Assembly: GCF_003325475.1 (NCBI RefSeq)
Contig: NZ_CP029495.1
Span: 2,631,353-2,695,352 of the forward strand
DNA from: Chromobacterium phragmitis
GTDB lineage: Bacteria > Pseudomonadota > Gammaproteobacteria > Burkholderiales > Chromobacteriaceae
Reading direction: 5' to 3'
Length of the DNA stretch: 64,000 nt
The position numbers were made by a program, and so were the translations under genes. Shown here one piece after another: positions 39,410-48,700 of this stretch (position 1 is its first letter; each line of letters begins with the position of its first letter). Under the pieces are notes generated by a model. The model did no database searches. It saw only the letters and a program-made list of their open reading frames with translations, and was not told the DNA's origin.

Positions 39410-40027
39410 TTAGGATGCAGGCCGGAAGCGCTCGCCGTGGAACACCCGGAGGGGATTGCCGCGCTCAACCTCCCAGTGCAGCTGGCGGCGGCGGCCGCGC
39501 AGGTCGGCGTCGGCCTGCTCGGCAAGCTCGCCCAGTTTGTGGGCCAACAGCAACAGCGCCAGCCGTTTGTTGGCGTGCTGGCTGCGTTCGCTTTGCACGC
39601 GGACGCTGACGCCGCTGGCCAGATGCACGGCGCGGACCGCGGATTCGGTCTTGTTGACGTGCTGGCCGCCGGGGCCGGAGGCGCGGCAGGTTTCGATGCG
39701 CACCTCGCCGCCGCCGGCCGGGGCGGGCGTTTCGCAGCGCGCGACGCCGACGAACCAGTTCTTGCGCGGATGGCGCGGCCGGTACGGGCTGGAGCAGGTC
39801 CATTGGATGGTGCCGATCCAGGCGGCGGCCAGCGCATCTTCGGCCTCGCCGTCCAGCGCCAGCAGCGCCGAGCGCACGGTTCCGGCGCGGGGACCGGGTT
39901 CGCTTTCCAGCAGCGCGGCCTTCACGCCGGCGGCGTGCGCCTCGGCTTGCAGCCGGGACAGCGTCTTGGCCGCGGCCAGCGCGCATTCGTCGGGGCCTTG
40001 GGCGGCGGTGATCTGCAGCAATATCAT
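39410..40027 (-). CDS. prfH: Peptide chain release factor H (RF2 paralogue, GGQ domain)
   Basis: 205 aa from MILLQITAAQGPDECALA…, which matches the PrfH N-terminus pattern. GGQ motif GPGGQHVNKTESAV. ATGA overlap with the rtcB2 stop. Confidence 0.85.
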   Translation of the reverse strand: MILLQITAAQGPDECALAAAKTLSRLQAEAHAAGVKAALLESEPGPRAGTVRSALLALDGEAEDALAAAWIGTIQWTCSSPYRPRHPRKNWFVGVARCETPAPAGGGEVRIETCRASGPGGQHVNKTESAVRAVHLASGVSVRVQSERSQHANKRLALLLLAHKLGELAEQADADLRGRRRQLHWEVERGNPLRVFHGERFRPAS

Positions 40028-41271
40028 CAGCAGCACTCCCCGCGCGTCTTGTAGCTCAGCACCGGACGCAGCCGCGCCAACAGCTCGATCAGGCCGGCGC
40101 GGCGCAGCGCGTCCACCACGCTGTCCACCGGCTTGTACGCTTCCGGCGCCTCTTCGTAGATCAGCTCGCGGTCGCGGCAGATCACGTGGCTGCCCAGCTT
40201 GGTTCGGGATAGCTGCGCCGGGGTGTAGCGGCGCGACAGCCTGTCCTTGCACTCGCTGCGCATCCATTTCCGTCCCGCGCCGTGCGCCAGAGAGTACAGG
40301 CTGGCGGCCTGGGGCAAGGGACGCGCCAGGTAGCTGAAGTCGCCGCGCGAGCCGGGGATCACCACCGCGCCGGCGTCGGCCGGCGTGGCGCCCTTGCGGT
40401 GCAGCCAGCCGTCCAAGCCGTCTACTCGGGACGGCAGCACCAGGTTGTGGTGGATGTCCAGCACGGGCTCGCCTTCGGCGCGCAGCCTATCCAGCATGCG
40501 GCGCGCGATCAGCTCGCGGTTCGCCTCGGCGAAGCGCAGCGCGTCGCCGTGGCGCGCCAGGTAGGCGCGGCAGGCGTCGCCGCCGCTTTCCAGTCCGCGG
40601 TGGCCGTATTGGTCCACATGCTCGCGCAGGATGGCCTGGCCCAGGCCGCGGGAGCCGCTGTGCGCCAGCAGCAGCAGCCGGCGCGGGTCTATCGCCAGCG
40701 TGCCGAGCGCGGCCTCGTCGTATACCTCGTCAATCCGCTGCAGTTCGGCGAAATGATTGCCGCCGCCTATGGTGCCCAGCGCGGAGCGGAAGCCGATGTG
40801 CGCCGGCAGCAGCGCGTCGGCTTGCTCGCGCCATTCGTCGGACAGCGGGCCGTCCAGGTCGCCCAGGCGCTTGTCCAGTTTCTCGGGCTGGCTCTTGCGC
40901 GCGTCTAGCGAGGTTTGCCACAGCGCCATGCCGCAGCCGATGTCGCCGCCTATCAGCGCCGGATACAGCCTGCCGACGGAGAAAAACGCCGCGCCGACAG
41001 GGTAGCCGCGGCCGGGATGCAAATCCGGCATGCCGGCCACGCGGCGCATGCCGGGCAGGGCGGCGGTGGTTTGAAGTTGCTGGATCGCGTTGCCTTCGAT
41101 CCAGGTGTCGTCCGAGGCGATCAGGGTGACGCCTTCAGACAGTTGCTGAATGCAGTGGGTATTGCCCATGAAATTCCAAATCAGGTCAGTCTGAAAAGGC
41201 AGGCGGGCTTGGGGTGATGCGAAAACGCGCGTCAGCGCGGGAAAGAAACGATCAACCTTGCAGGCCTGCAT
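40027..41271 (-). CDS. rtcB: RtcB-family RNA ligase paralogue (RtcB2, PrfH-associated)
   Basis: 414 aa with RtcB motifs (DIGCGM; GGGNHF; HGAGR). Highly diverged from the first RtcB in this window. Confidence 0.85.
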   Translation of the reverse strand: MQACKVDRFFPALTRVFASPQARLPFQTDLIWNFMGNTHCIQQLSEGVTLIASDDTWIEGNAIQQLQTTAALPGMRRVAGMPDLHPGRGYPVGAAFFSVGRLYPALIGGDIGCGMALWQTSLDARKSQPEKLDKRLGDLDGPLSDEWREQADALLPAHIGFRSALGTIGGGNHFAELQRIDEVYDEAALGTLAIDPRRLLLLAHSGSRGLGQAILREHVDQYGHRGLESGGDACRAYLARHGDALRFAEANRELIARRMLDRLRAEGEPVLDIHHNLVLPSRVDGLDGWLHRKGATPADAGAVVIPGSRGDFSYLARPLPQAASLYSLAHGAGRKWMRSECKDRLSRRYTPAQLSRTKLGSHVICRDRELIYEEAPEAYKPVDSVVDALRRAGLIELLARLRPVLSYKTRGECC

Positions 41272-41390
41272 TGGCGGAAAGATGAACAGCGCGTCGCATG
41301 GTTTTCCTCCTTTGCAGTCAGGGTTGATGAATGAAGAGGGCGAATGCTAGCACGGCGATATTCCAGATGCAAGCGCCAGGCTGCGGCGCG

Positions 41391-42095
41391 TCAGTCGGGG
41401 AACGAGGACAGCGCCTGTCGGAACAGGTCCTGATTCAGACCGTGCGCCAGACTGAGCCCGTCCTCGCGGTACCAGCTTGCATCCGCCTCCAGATGCGGGC
41501 CGATCAGCACCACCTTGCCGCGGCCGTAGGGGGCGGAGAGCGCCGCGATGCGGCGGGTGTCGCGGTAACGGGCGAGGACGGATGCGCCGGGCGGCGGCGT
41601 TTTCCCCATGTGGGGGCCGCTTTGGTTGTAGGCCATCCGCTCGCGGCCGCCCCACCGAATCGGGAGCAGCGAGGGTTTGGCGCTGGCGGTTTCCGCGTTC
41701 AGCTCCGGCAGCGCGATCAGGCCGTAAGCGGGCTTTTTGTCCGCCGCCGAGCTGTAGCGGGCGGCCAGGTATGCGCCGGCGCAGATGCCCAGATAGCCGC
41801 CGCCGTCGGCGACGAAACGGCGCAAGGCTTGAACCTGGGCTGGCCGCAAGGCATCCAGCGTCTCGTCTATGTCATCCGAGCCGCCTGGCTGCACGTAAAG
41901 CGAAATGCGTTTCAGCCGGGCCGAATCGAGATTGCTCTCGTTCAAGTACTGCACGGTGTCGCGCTGGGGATCGAAAAAGGCGGCGACAGCCTCGGCGCAG
42001 CCCGGGCAAACGCCGGCCCCGTTGAAGATGCCCACGTCTCGGGCCGGCGCGGAGCAGGTGAACAGCAATAGCGCGAGCGCCAGCAAGGTTTTCAT
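41391..42095 (-). CDS. Secreted class-I glutamine-amidotransferase-like (BPL_N/DJ-1-like fold) protein
   Basis: Signal peptide MKTLLALALLLFTCSAPA, then …GGSDDIDE…GGGYLGICAGAYLA… nucleophile-elbow-like motif. Start placed at the internal Met; the longer track ORF adds an unlikely N-terminal extension. Confidence 0.55.
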   Translation of the reverse strand: MKTLLALALLLFTCSAPARDVGIFNGAGVCPGCAEAVAAFFDPQRDTVQYLNESNLDSARLKRISLYVQPGGSDDIDETLDALRPAQVQALRRFVADGGGYLGICAGAYLAARYSSAADKKPAYGLIALPELNAETASAKPSLLPIRWGGRERMAYNQSGPHMGKTPPPGASVLARYRDTRRIAALSAPYGRGKVVLIGPHLEADASWYREDGLSLAHGLNQDLFRQALSSFPD

Positions 42096-42264
42096 TCCGT
42101 CTTCCTGATAATGGGCCTGCATGATGGTGATGAATGATTGCTCAGGCGCGGTTTGCGGAATATGGCGATCTTTTGCGAGTTTGAAGACGGATTGTTGCCG
42201 CGCATTTACAAAACATGACAATAAGGTTTATTTTGCGCGATCTGCCAAGCAAAGGAACAAGACG

Positions 42265-42501
42265 ATGGCGAAGCAATGCTGCGAGCGCTGCGGCAAGGAA
42301 ACCGAGCACAAGGAGTGGGTCCGGCAAAAACCGTCCAAATACGGCGCCAGCCGCAAGGAAAAGCTGAAGGCTTTTCTCGATAGTTTCTTCTCCGGCTGGG
42401 GCGGAGGCGGCGCGGCCGCGATCGACCTGGTGGACCGTTATGTGATCTGCCAGGAGTGCGGGCGCAAGAAACTGCAGAATTACGGAGATCCGTTCCAGTA
42501 A
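42265..42501 (+). CDS. Small zinc-ribbon protein (two CxxC pairs)
   Basis: 78 aa: MAKQCCERCGKE…CQECGRKK…. AGGAA SD 8 nt upstream; GC3-rich codons, unlike the AT-rich upstream leader. Confidence 0.55.
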   Translation: MAKQCCERCGKETEHKEWVRQKPSKYGASRKEKLKAFLDSFFSGWGGGGAAAIDLVDRYVICQECGRKKLQNYGDPFQ

Positions 42502-42588
42502 CCGGGATCGTTCGGCAAGAATCGGGTCGCCGTCTCCGGCGCCGTGTTCCAGACTCCGCCTGTCATCAATGGAAAACGCGGAGTGAAT

Positions 42589-43353
42589 ATGGGACGGCTT
42601 GACAGAAAGGTGGCCATCGTCACCGGCGCCAGCGCCGGCATCGGCCGGGCGGCGGCCTGCTTGTTCGCGCGAGAGGGCGCCAAGGTGGTTGCGGTGGCGC
42701 GGCGCGCGCACGAATTGGAATTGCTGGCGGCCTGCATACGGCTGGAGGGCGGGGAGATCGCCATCGTCGCCGGCGACGTGAGGGAGGAGTCCACCGCGAA
42801 GCGGGCGGTGGAGACTGCGGTGCGCCGATACGGCGGCCTGGACATCGCCTTCAACAACGCCGGCGCGATGGGCGGCAGCGCGCCCGTCCACGAAACCACG
42901 CCGGAGGCTTGGCGCTTGGCGCTGGATACCAATCTGACCGGCGCCTTCCTGGCCGCCCGCCAGCAGATTCCCGCCATGCTGGAGCGTGGCGGCGGCTCAT
43001 TGATATTCACCTCCACCTTTGTCGGCCACACGGCCGGTTTCCCCGGAATGGGCGCTTACGCGGCGAGCAAGGCCGGCTTGATCGGCCTGACGCAGGTGAT
43101 CGCCGCCGAATACGGCGCGCGCGGGATTCGCGCCAACGCCTTGCTGCCGGGCGGAACCGACACCGAGATGGGGCGCGCCGCCGCGCCCACGCCGGAGGCG
43201 CGCGGCTTTGTCGAGGGGCTGCACGCGCTGAAGCGGCTGGCCCGGCCGGAGGAGATCGCGCAGGCCGCGCTGTTCCTGGCATCGGATGCCGCAAGCTTCG
43301 TCACCGGCAGCGCGATGCGGGTGGAGGGCGGCGTTTCCATCAACCGCGTCTAG
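42589..43353 (+). CDS. Short-chain dehydrogenase/reductase (SDR) family oxidoreductase
   Basis: TGASAGIG cofactor motif, catalytic YxxxK (YAASKAG), 254 aa from MGRLDRKVAIVTG. Confidence 0.85.
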   Translation: MGRLDRKVAIVTGASAGIGRAAACLFAREGAKVVAVARRAHELELLAACIRLEGGEIAIVAGDVREESTAKRAVETAVRRYGGLDIAFNNAGAMGGSAPVHETTPEAWRLALDTNLTGAFLAARQQIPAMLERGGGSLIFTSTFVGHTAGFPGMGAYAASKAGLIGLTQVIAAEYGARGIRANALLPGGTDTEMGRAAAPTPEARGFVEGLHALKRLARPEEIAQAALFLASDAASFVTGSAMRVEGGVSINRV

Positions 43354-43373
43354 CGGGAGGCGGGGGGGGGGGC

Positions 43374-43853
43374 TCACATCTGCAAGTCGCGGCCATAGAC
43401 GATGAAGCCCTTGTGCTCCGCCACCTTGTCGTACAGCGCGCGGGCGGTATGGTTGGTCTGGTGGGTTTGCCAGTAAACGCGGTCGCAGCCGGTTGCCTTG
43501 GCCAGGCGGCACACCGCGTCTATCAGCGCCCGGGCCACGCCGCGCCCCCTGGCTTCCGGCAGGGTGAACAAATCCTGCAGGTAGCACACGTCCGCCAGGC
43601 GGGTGCTGCTGCGGTGGCGAATGGCGTGCGCCAGGCCGATGAGGCGGCCCTCGCGTTCGGCCACCAGCGCCGTCATCGGCTCGGCGCCATCCAGGAAGCG
43701 CGCCCAGGTTTGCCGGGTAATCGCCTCCGGCAGCGCTGTTTCCCCTTCCCGGCCGTAAAACGCGTTATAGCCCTCCCACAAGGGCAGCCAGCCTTGATAA
43801 TCGCCGGCATCGGCTTCTCTGATCACCACGTCGTCGCGCATGCGTTTCCTCAT
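43374..43853 (-). CDS. GNAT-family N-acetyltransferase
   Basis: Acetyl-CoA motif A (…RGRGVARALIDAV…). 159 aa, or 155 from the downstream Met. Confidence 0.8.
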   Translation of the reverse strand: MRKRMRDDVVIREADAGDYQGWLPLWEGYNAFYGREGETALPEAITRQTWARFLDGAEPMTALVAEREGRLIGLAHAIRHRSSTRLADVCYLQDLFTLPEARGRGVARALIDAVCRLAKATGCDRVYWQTHQTNHTARALYDKVAEHKGFIVYGRDLQM

Positions 43854-44005
43854 TTCTGTAGCGGGATTGTCGCCATCTCAAATGGCATATCGGTGGATTG
43901 TAACGGGTTTGGAAAGTCACTGGCGCAATAGCCGCGGCAAGCGCTTGACCCTGTAGCCGCTACAGGGATTTCAATCTCCATTCCACAGGATGCGGGAGAA
44001 GCAAG

Positions 44006-44266
44006 ATGAGTCATTTCGGCAAATGGTTTGGGCGGCGTCATGATCGCCATGCAAGCGGCCACCACGGGCCGCGCGGGCGGGAAAGCGGATATCCGGCGGC
44101 CGCGCCGGCGATCGCATGCCCCGCTTGCCGCCAGGGCAACGATTCCGGCGCCAGGTTCTGCCAGCATTGCGGTTCCAGCCTTGCGCCTAGCCGTTGCGGC
44201 CAATGCGGGCGCGAGGCGGATGCGGCTGCAAGATTCTGTTCCCAGTGCGGGCAGGTTTTGAGATAG
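44006..44266 (+). CDS. Double zinc-ribbon small protein
   Basis: 86 aa with CPACRQ…CQHCG and CGQCG…CSQCG pairs. SD-like GGAGAAG upstream. Confidence 0.5.
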   Translation: MSHFGKWFGRRHDRHASGHHGPRGRESGYPAAAPAIACPACRQGNDSGARFCQHCGSSLAPSRCGQCGREADAAARFCSQCGQVLR

Positions 44267-44474
44267 CGGCAAGGCGGGGATTAGGCACAGAGGCTTGATA
44301 TTTTCATTTAATTCTAATAGGTATATTAACCAATTGAATGGCAATTCGGCACGTTCTACGCTGGAGATTGACATGCTATAAGCATGAATTGGCGCAGGCG
44401 CCTCTCCGACGGCAGCCGGGATGGCATCTCGCGACAACCATTCATTGCGTCATCGCTAGCCTAGGAGAAGGATC

Positions 44475-44873
44475 ATGGCCATTCTATCCTTGCATGCCTC
44501 GCAACAGCGGCCGCGCCCAGGCTTTCTTGCCGGCCTGTCCCGGCTGTGGCGCCATCGCCGGGCCGAGGCGGACACCGCGGCCGCGCCCCGCAAGGCGAAC
44601 CTGAGCGACATCACCGCCGGCGAGGCCCAGGCCGTGATCGGCGAATGGCTGAAAGCCGGCCGCCTCACCCCTGCCGAAAGCCGCAGCCTGGGCCTGGCGA
44701 TGACCATCCGCGTGCTCAACATCAGCTATGGCCATTCGATACCGGAGCGCTTCGATCTGGTGGCGGAAACGCTGAGCACGCTGGAAGGCAGCCGGAATAT
44801 CGGCTGCTGGGACCAGGTGCAGGCCTTGAGCCACTGCCTGGAGGTGATGCGCGCCTACCAGGAGCAAGCCTGA
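44475..44873 (+). CDS. Hypothetical protein
   Basis: 132-aa ORF with GC3-rich codon usage and GGAGAAGG SD 6 nt upstream. No recognisable motifs. Confidence 0.45.
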   Translation: MAILSLHASQQRPRPGFLAGLSRLWRHRRAEADTAAAPRKANLSDITAGEAQAVIGEWLKAGRLTPAESRSLGLAMTIRVLNISYGHSIPERFDLVAETLSTLEGSRNIGCWDQVQALSHCLEVMRAYQEQA

Positions 44874-45357
44874 TCGGGCTTGGCCATCGGTATGCCGGCG
44901 GGCGCGCAGGGTGTCGGCCTTATCGCGCATGCGCGCCCCGGCAATAGGGCTGAATGATGGATATCACCAGCGTCTTTGCCTCTGCGGACAACTGATTGGA
45001 CCGGATAGCGCGGCGCGGCTTTCCGCGGCGGGAGGCCGGCAGCCCCTGTCGCGCAAGGCAGGCGAATCTGTCGATGCGCCAGGACTCAGAGTGGCAAACA
45101 AAAATCCTGATGCTGCGTCGCGCCGGCTTGGCGTACGCCTTGTGTTGCGCTGCGTCGGCGCGCCATGCCTCAGACGTAAAACTGAATTTTGTAAGCCGCT
45201 CTAAGCACAAACCGCATGAAGACGCCGTTTCCTATCTTTCCGTCCTAAAGCACGGCTTGCCGAATTTCTATTTGGACTAGAGTGGCGGGGCTCAAGCAAG
45301 AATGCCGAGCGTCAAGATCGCAAGCCCGCATGCAGCTTCCACTCAAGGAGTGACGAT

Positions 45358-46449
45358 ATGTCATCGCAATTTCATGGCCTGGCTGTAGGAAACGGAAATA
45401 GCAATTATCTGCAGGTGCTGGGATTGGCCAATTTCACGGACGCCGCCTATCTGACGGACTGGCAGGACTCCAGCGGCAACTGGCACGCCGGCTTCGCCTT
45501 GCCGGTTCCGTCCGATTATCCGAAGGGGCACTTTTTCCAACTGACGACCGGCATCGGCAACAGCAGCTATCTGCAGGTATTGGGCGCGGGCGAGGACGGC
45601 AACCCCTATCTGGTGTCATGGCAGGACGGCGGCGGCAGCTGGCACGGCGGCATGCCGCTTCCCAAGCCCAGCGGCTACAGCGGCGGCCCCCTGATCACCG
45701 GCTCCGGCAACAGCAACTACCTGCAGGTGATCGGCGCGCGGGTGGAAACCACGCCTTATCTGGTGGCTTGGCAGGACAATAGCGGCAACTGGCACGCGGG
45801 CATGCCGCTGCCCAACCCCAGCGGCTATGCCGGCGGTTTCCAGCAATTGGCCACCGGCAACGGCAACGACCACTACTTGCAAGTGGTGGGCGTGGGCAAT
45901 GACGGCAACGCCTATCTGGTGAACTGGCAGGACAACAGCGGCAGCTGGCACCCTGGCTTCGCGCTGCCCAAGCCCAGCGGCTACAACGGCACCTTCACGC
46001 AGCTGGCCACCGGCGTGGGCAACAGCAATTATCTGCAGGTGCTGGGCATCGGCACCGACGGCAACGCCTATCTGGTGGCCTGGCAGGACAACGGCGGCAA
46101 CTGGCACCCTGGCTTCGCGCTGCCCAAGCCCAGCGGTTACAACGGCACTTTCGCCAAGTTGGTCACCGGCATCGGCAACAGCAATTACCTGCAGGTGTTC
46201 GGCATCGGCGGCAATGGGACGGCCTATCTGATCTCGTGGCAGGACAACGGCGGCAACTGGCACGGCGGCCTGACGCTGCCGCAGCCGTCCGGCTACAGCG
46301 GCAGCTTCTCGCAATTGGCCGCCGGCAATGGCAACAACCATTATCTGCAGGTGGTGGGCTCCGACGCGCAAGGCAATGTCTACCTGGTGTCGTGGCAAGA
46401 CGCCGAGGGCAAGTGGCACGCCGGTTTCGAGCTGCCGAAAACGGCTTGA
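45358..46449 (+). CDS. Eight-repeat beta-propeller lectin-like protein (AAL/RSL-type fucose-lectin-like blades)
   Basis: 363 aa consisting almost entirely of eight tandem repeats of about 45 aa: [L]-x-TG-x-GNSNYLQV-x-G-x-G-x-DGN-x-YLV-x-WQDN-x-GNWH-x-G-x-x-LP-x-PSGY-x-G. The W-D-x-x-G-x-W-x-x-G core resembles blade motifs of Aleuria/Ralstonia fucose lectins. No signal peptide. Confidence 0.7.
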   Translation: MSSQFHGLAVGNGNSNYLQVLGLANFTDAAYLTDWQDSSGNWHAGFALPVPSDYPKGHFFQLTTGIGNSSYLQVLGAGEDGNPYLVSWQDGGGSWHGGMPLPKPSGYSGGPLITGSGNSNYLQVIGARVETTPYLVAWQDNSGNWHAGMPLPNPSGYAGGFQQLATGNGNDHYLQVVGVGNDGNAYLVNWQDNSGSWHPGFALPKPSGYNGTFTQLATGVGNSNYLQVLGIGTDGNAYLVAWQDNGGNWHPGFALPKPSGYNGTFAKLVTGIGNSNYLQVFGIGGNGTAYLISWQDNGGNWHGGLTLPQPSGYSGSFSQLAAGNGNNHYLQVVGSDAQGNVYLVSWQDAEGKWHAGFELPKTA

Positions 46450-46501
46450 CGCCAAGCTGAGCCAAGGATTCCGGTTGGCGCGGACCGGCCGGATCGAACG
46501 C

Positions 46502-46537
46502 CAGGCCCTCCTTGATCGGGAGGGCCTGTTGTTTTGA
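46502..46537 (+). terminator. Rho-independent terminator after the beta-propeller gene
   Basis: CAGGCCCTCC-ttgatcg-GGAGGGCCTG followed by TTGTTTT. Confidence 0.75.
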
Positions 46538-46552
46538 AGCGATTCGGGCGGT

Positions 46553-46972
46553 TCAGTCCTGGGCCGGGCCTTGCTTTTTGGGAAGCCGGGGATCCATGAA
46601 GTCCCAGGGCGCGGCGCTGGCCACGTGGAAATCCAGCTTGGGCGCGTAGCGCGAGGCATCATCCAGCGTGCCGGCCTTGATGCCCAGCATGCCGGGGAAG
46701 CGGCTGAACCTGGCGAACAATTGCGAGCCGCAATGGGGACAAAAGCCCCGGCCGTGGGTATGGCCGCTATCCGCGGTGGTTTCGAAATACTTGGCCGCGC
46801 CGTGGATCGCAACGCTCGACTCGGGAAACAGCATGGCGGGGATGAACGCGCCGCCCGAACTTCTCTGGCAGTCCTTGCAATGGCAGTTTCCCGCGAATAA
46901 CGGCTCGGCGTCCACGACATAGCGGATTTCGCCGCAAAGGCACTGCCCGGTGTATTGGCAACTCATGCACAA
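46553..46972 (-). CDS. GFA-family (CENP-V/glutathione-dependent formaldehyde-activating enzyme-like) zinc protein
   Basis: 139 aa with the Cys-rich GFA pattern (CLCGEI…CHCKDCQRSSG…CPHCGS). Confidence 0.75.
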   Translation of the reverse strand: MCMSCQYTGQCLCGEIRYVVDAEPLFAGNCHCKDCQRSSGGAFIPAMLFPESSVAIHGAAKYFETTADSGHTHGRGFCPHCGSQLFARFSRFPGMLGIKAGTLDDASRYAPKLDFHVASAAPWDFMDPRLPKKQGPAQD

Positions 46973-47243
46973 CTCCCTGCTGATTGGTCATGGCCATTGC
47001 GTCGGCACCGCGTATCAATGGTGGCTGGCCGATGCGGCAAACCCGTTTCGAGAGCAGTCAGCCTGCGCGCGGAGCGGCGACGAATGGCGAAAGCAGACTA
47101 TATCCATTTGGAATTGCGCTGTGAAGCGCTTGGCGGGCAGCCGCCGCATTTCGGCAAGACGCGGCCGGGGCCGGATTGGCCTGGCGGGCGTCATGAGCCC
47201 GCGGCGCGGGTGATGCCATGGGCCGCCAAGCCCGGACTGGCGA

Positions 47244-47768
47244 TCATGCCCACCAGGTGAATCGCTGGTTGGCTCCGCCGTGGCAATCCCACAGAATCAG
47301 CGGCGTGCCATTGCGGGTATTGCCGCCTTCCGCATCCAGGCACAGCCTGTTCAGCTTGCTGCGCATCATGCCGTTGGCCCATTCCCACTGCTGGTTCCTG
47401 CCGCCATGGCAGGCATAGGCGATGACTTTGGCGCCCCGGCGGGTATCGCCGCCGGCCACATCCAGGCACAGGTTGCCGGATTTGAGCTGGCCATTGACCA
47501 GGCGGAAGCGCTGATTGCCGCCGCCATGGCAATCCCATAGCTGCAGCGGCGCATTGGCGGCGCTGCCGCCGGCAAGGTCCAGGCAGCGGCCGCCGCTGGC
47601 CAGCAGCATGCGCGGCTGAGTTTCCGGCTGGTACGGTTTCCTGGCGGAGGAATTGGCCGGGTAGCCGTAGGGGTAGGCGGCGCCGGCTTGCATGTTTTGA
47701 TTGGCCAGGGTGCGGCAGCCGCTGCTGGCAAGCGCGGCTCCCATCATGACGAAGGCGATGAGTTTCAT
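47244..47768 (-). CDS. Lipoprotein with ricin-B (beta-trefoil) lectin domain
   Basis: Signal + lipobox (ASSGC), three (QxW)-type subrepeats (LQLWDCHGGGNQRF; IAYACHGGRNQQWEW; LILWDCHGGANQRFTW). Confidence 0.75.
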   Translation of the reverse strand: MKLIAFVMMGAALASSGCRTLANQNMQAGAAYPYGYPANSSARKPYQPETQPRMLLASGGRCLDLAGGSAANAPLQLWDCHGGGNQRFRLVNGQLKSGNLCLDVAGGDTRRGAKVIAYACHGGRNQQWEWANGMMRSKLNRLCLDAEGGNTRNGTPLILWDCHGGANQRFTWWA

Positions 47769-47982
47769 TTCAGGCTGTCTGTATTTTGTTGGACAGCGAG
47801 TGTAAAAGCCATTGCCTGCCCAGTCCGTGGCGCCGCTTGGCGATTGTGTAACCGCGTTTGACCGGTGCGCGCGGCGGGGAGGAGGCGGGACGGCGGAAAG
47901 CCTGGCAGGGCAAGGCTTGGAGGCGAGTAAACGGAATTTACAATTCAGAAGACGCAGTCTTGAAGCGAGCGGGCCTCCACCC

Positions 47983-48700
47983 GATCAAAAACAGCCTGCC
48001 GCTGGGAAGCGGACAGGTTGACGGTGTTTATGGCGCGTGATTTAGAGGACGCGGGTGAGGAGCGTCAGCGACTCGCCCATGCGTTTGTCCAGCGGCTCTA
48101 GCAATTCCTTGATGCGGCTGGGCTGCAGGCTGGCGTCGTATAAGCGTAGGGTGCAATACCCGGCTTGAAACGATTGGATGTAACTACCTTTCAGCCGGGC
48201 ATTGCACCACTTTGGCATTCCGCGAAATCAAAACCAGCCTGCCGCTGGGAAGCGGACAGGCTGTCGGTGTTTATGGCGCGTGATTTATTAGAGGACGCGG
48301 GTGAGCAGCGACAGAGACTCGCCCATGCGTTTGTCCAGCGGCGCCAGCAACTCGGTGATGCGGCTGGAGGGCAGACGGACGTCGTAAGCGTAGGGTGCAA
48401 TACCCGGCTTGAAACGATTGGATGCAGCCATCTTGCAGCCGGGCATGGCAGCGTCTTGGCATTCCGCGAAATCAAAAACAGCCTGCCGCTAAGAAGCGGA
48501 CAGGCTGTCGGTGTTTTGGCGCGTGGTTTAGAGGACGCGGGTGAGCAGCGACAGCGACTCCCCCATGCGTTTGTCCAGCGGCGCCAGCAACTCGGTGATG
48601 CGGCTGGAGGGCAGGCGCACGTCATCGCCCAGGCAAGCGAGCAGTTCGATGACTGACTGCAAACCCAACTGGCCGTGGGCGAGGTGGCAGATGGGCTCCA
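47983..48700. repeat. About 2.9 tandem copies of a roughly 240-bp unit: terminator hairpin + last 30 codons of the downstream gene + stem-loop spacer
   Basis: Stop-codon landmarks at 48042, 48288 and 48528 (periods 246 and 240 bp). Each unit carries CAGCCTGCCGCTGGGAAGCGGACAGGCTG hairpin + A-tract (a terminator on the minus strand). Copies are 85-95% identical. Confidence 0.8.
48288..48431 (-). CDS. Possible 47-aa mini-ORF created by the middle repeat copy (new N-terminus fused to the conserved C-terminal 31 aa)
   Basis: ATG at 48431 (minus strand) reads MAASNRFKPGIAPYAYDVRLPSSRITELLAPLDKRMGESLSLLTRVL*. The C-terminal 31 aa (DVRLPSS…LTRVL) are identical to those of the 48528-48824 gene. No obvious SD. 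Could equally be a silent relic. Confidence 0.25.
   Translation of the reverse strand: MAASNRFKPGIAPYAYDVRLPSSRITELLAPLDKRMGESLSLLTRVL

Noticed and set aside
37885-39837. 650-aa minus-strand ORF, and 484-aa + ORF at 37854-39308
   Set aside because: Alternative frames of the chitinase gene. Only the 37912-39339 frame yields the GH18 DxxDxDxE, Fn3 and CBM motifs.
42142-42891. 249-aa minus-strand ORF
   Set aside because: Spans the zinc-ribbon gene and the SDR start antisense. No motifs, whereas the + strand genes have RBSs and clear family signatures.
48191-48625. 144-aa minus-strand ORF reading through two repeat copies
   Set aside because: It is in a different frame from the conserved C-terminal peptide and produces Cys/Trp/Arg-rich low-complexity sequence, so it is treated as a by-product of the tandem repeat.
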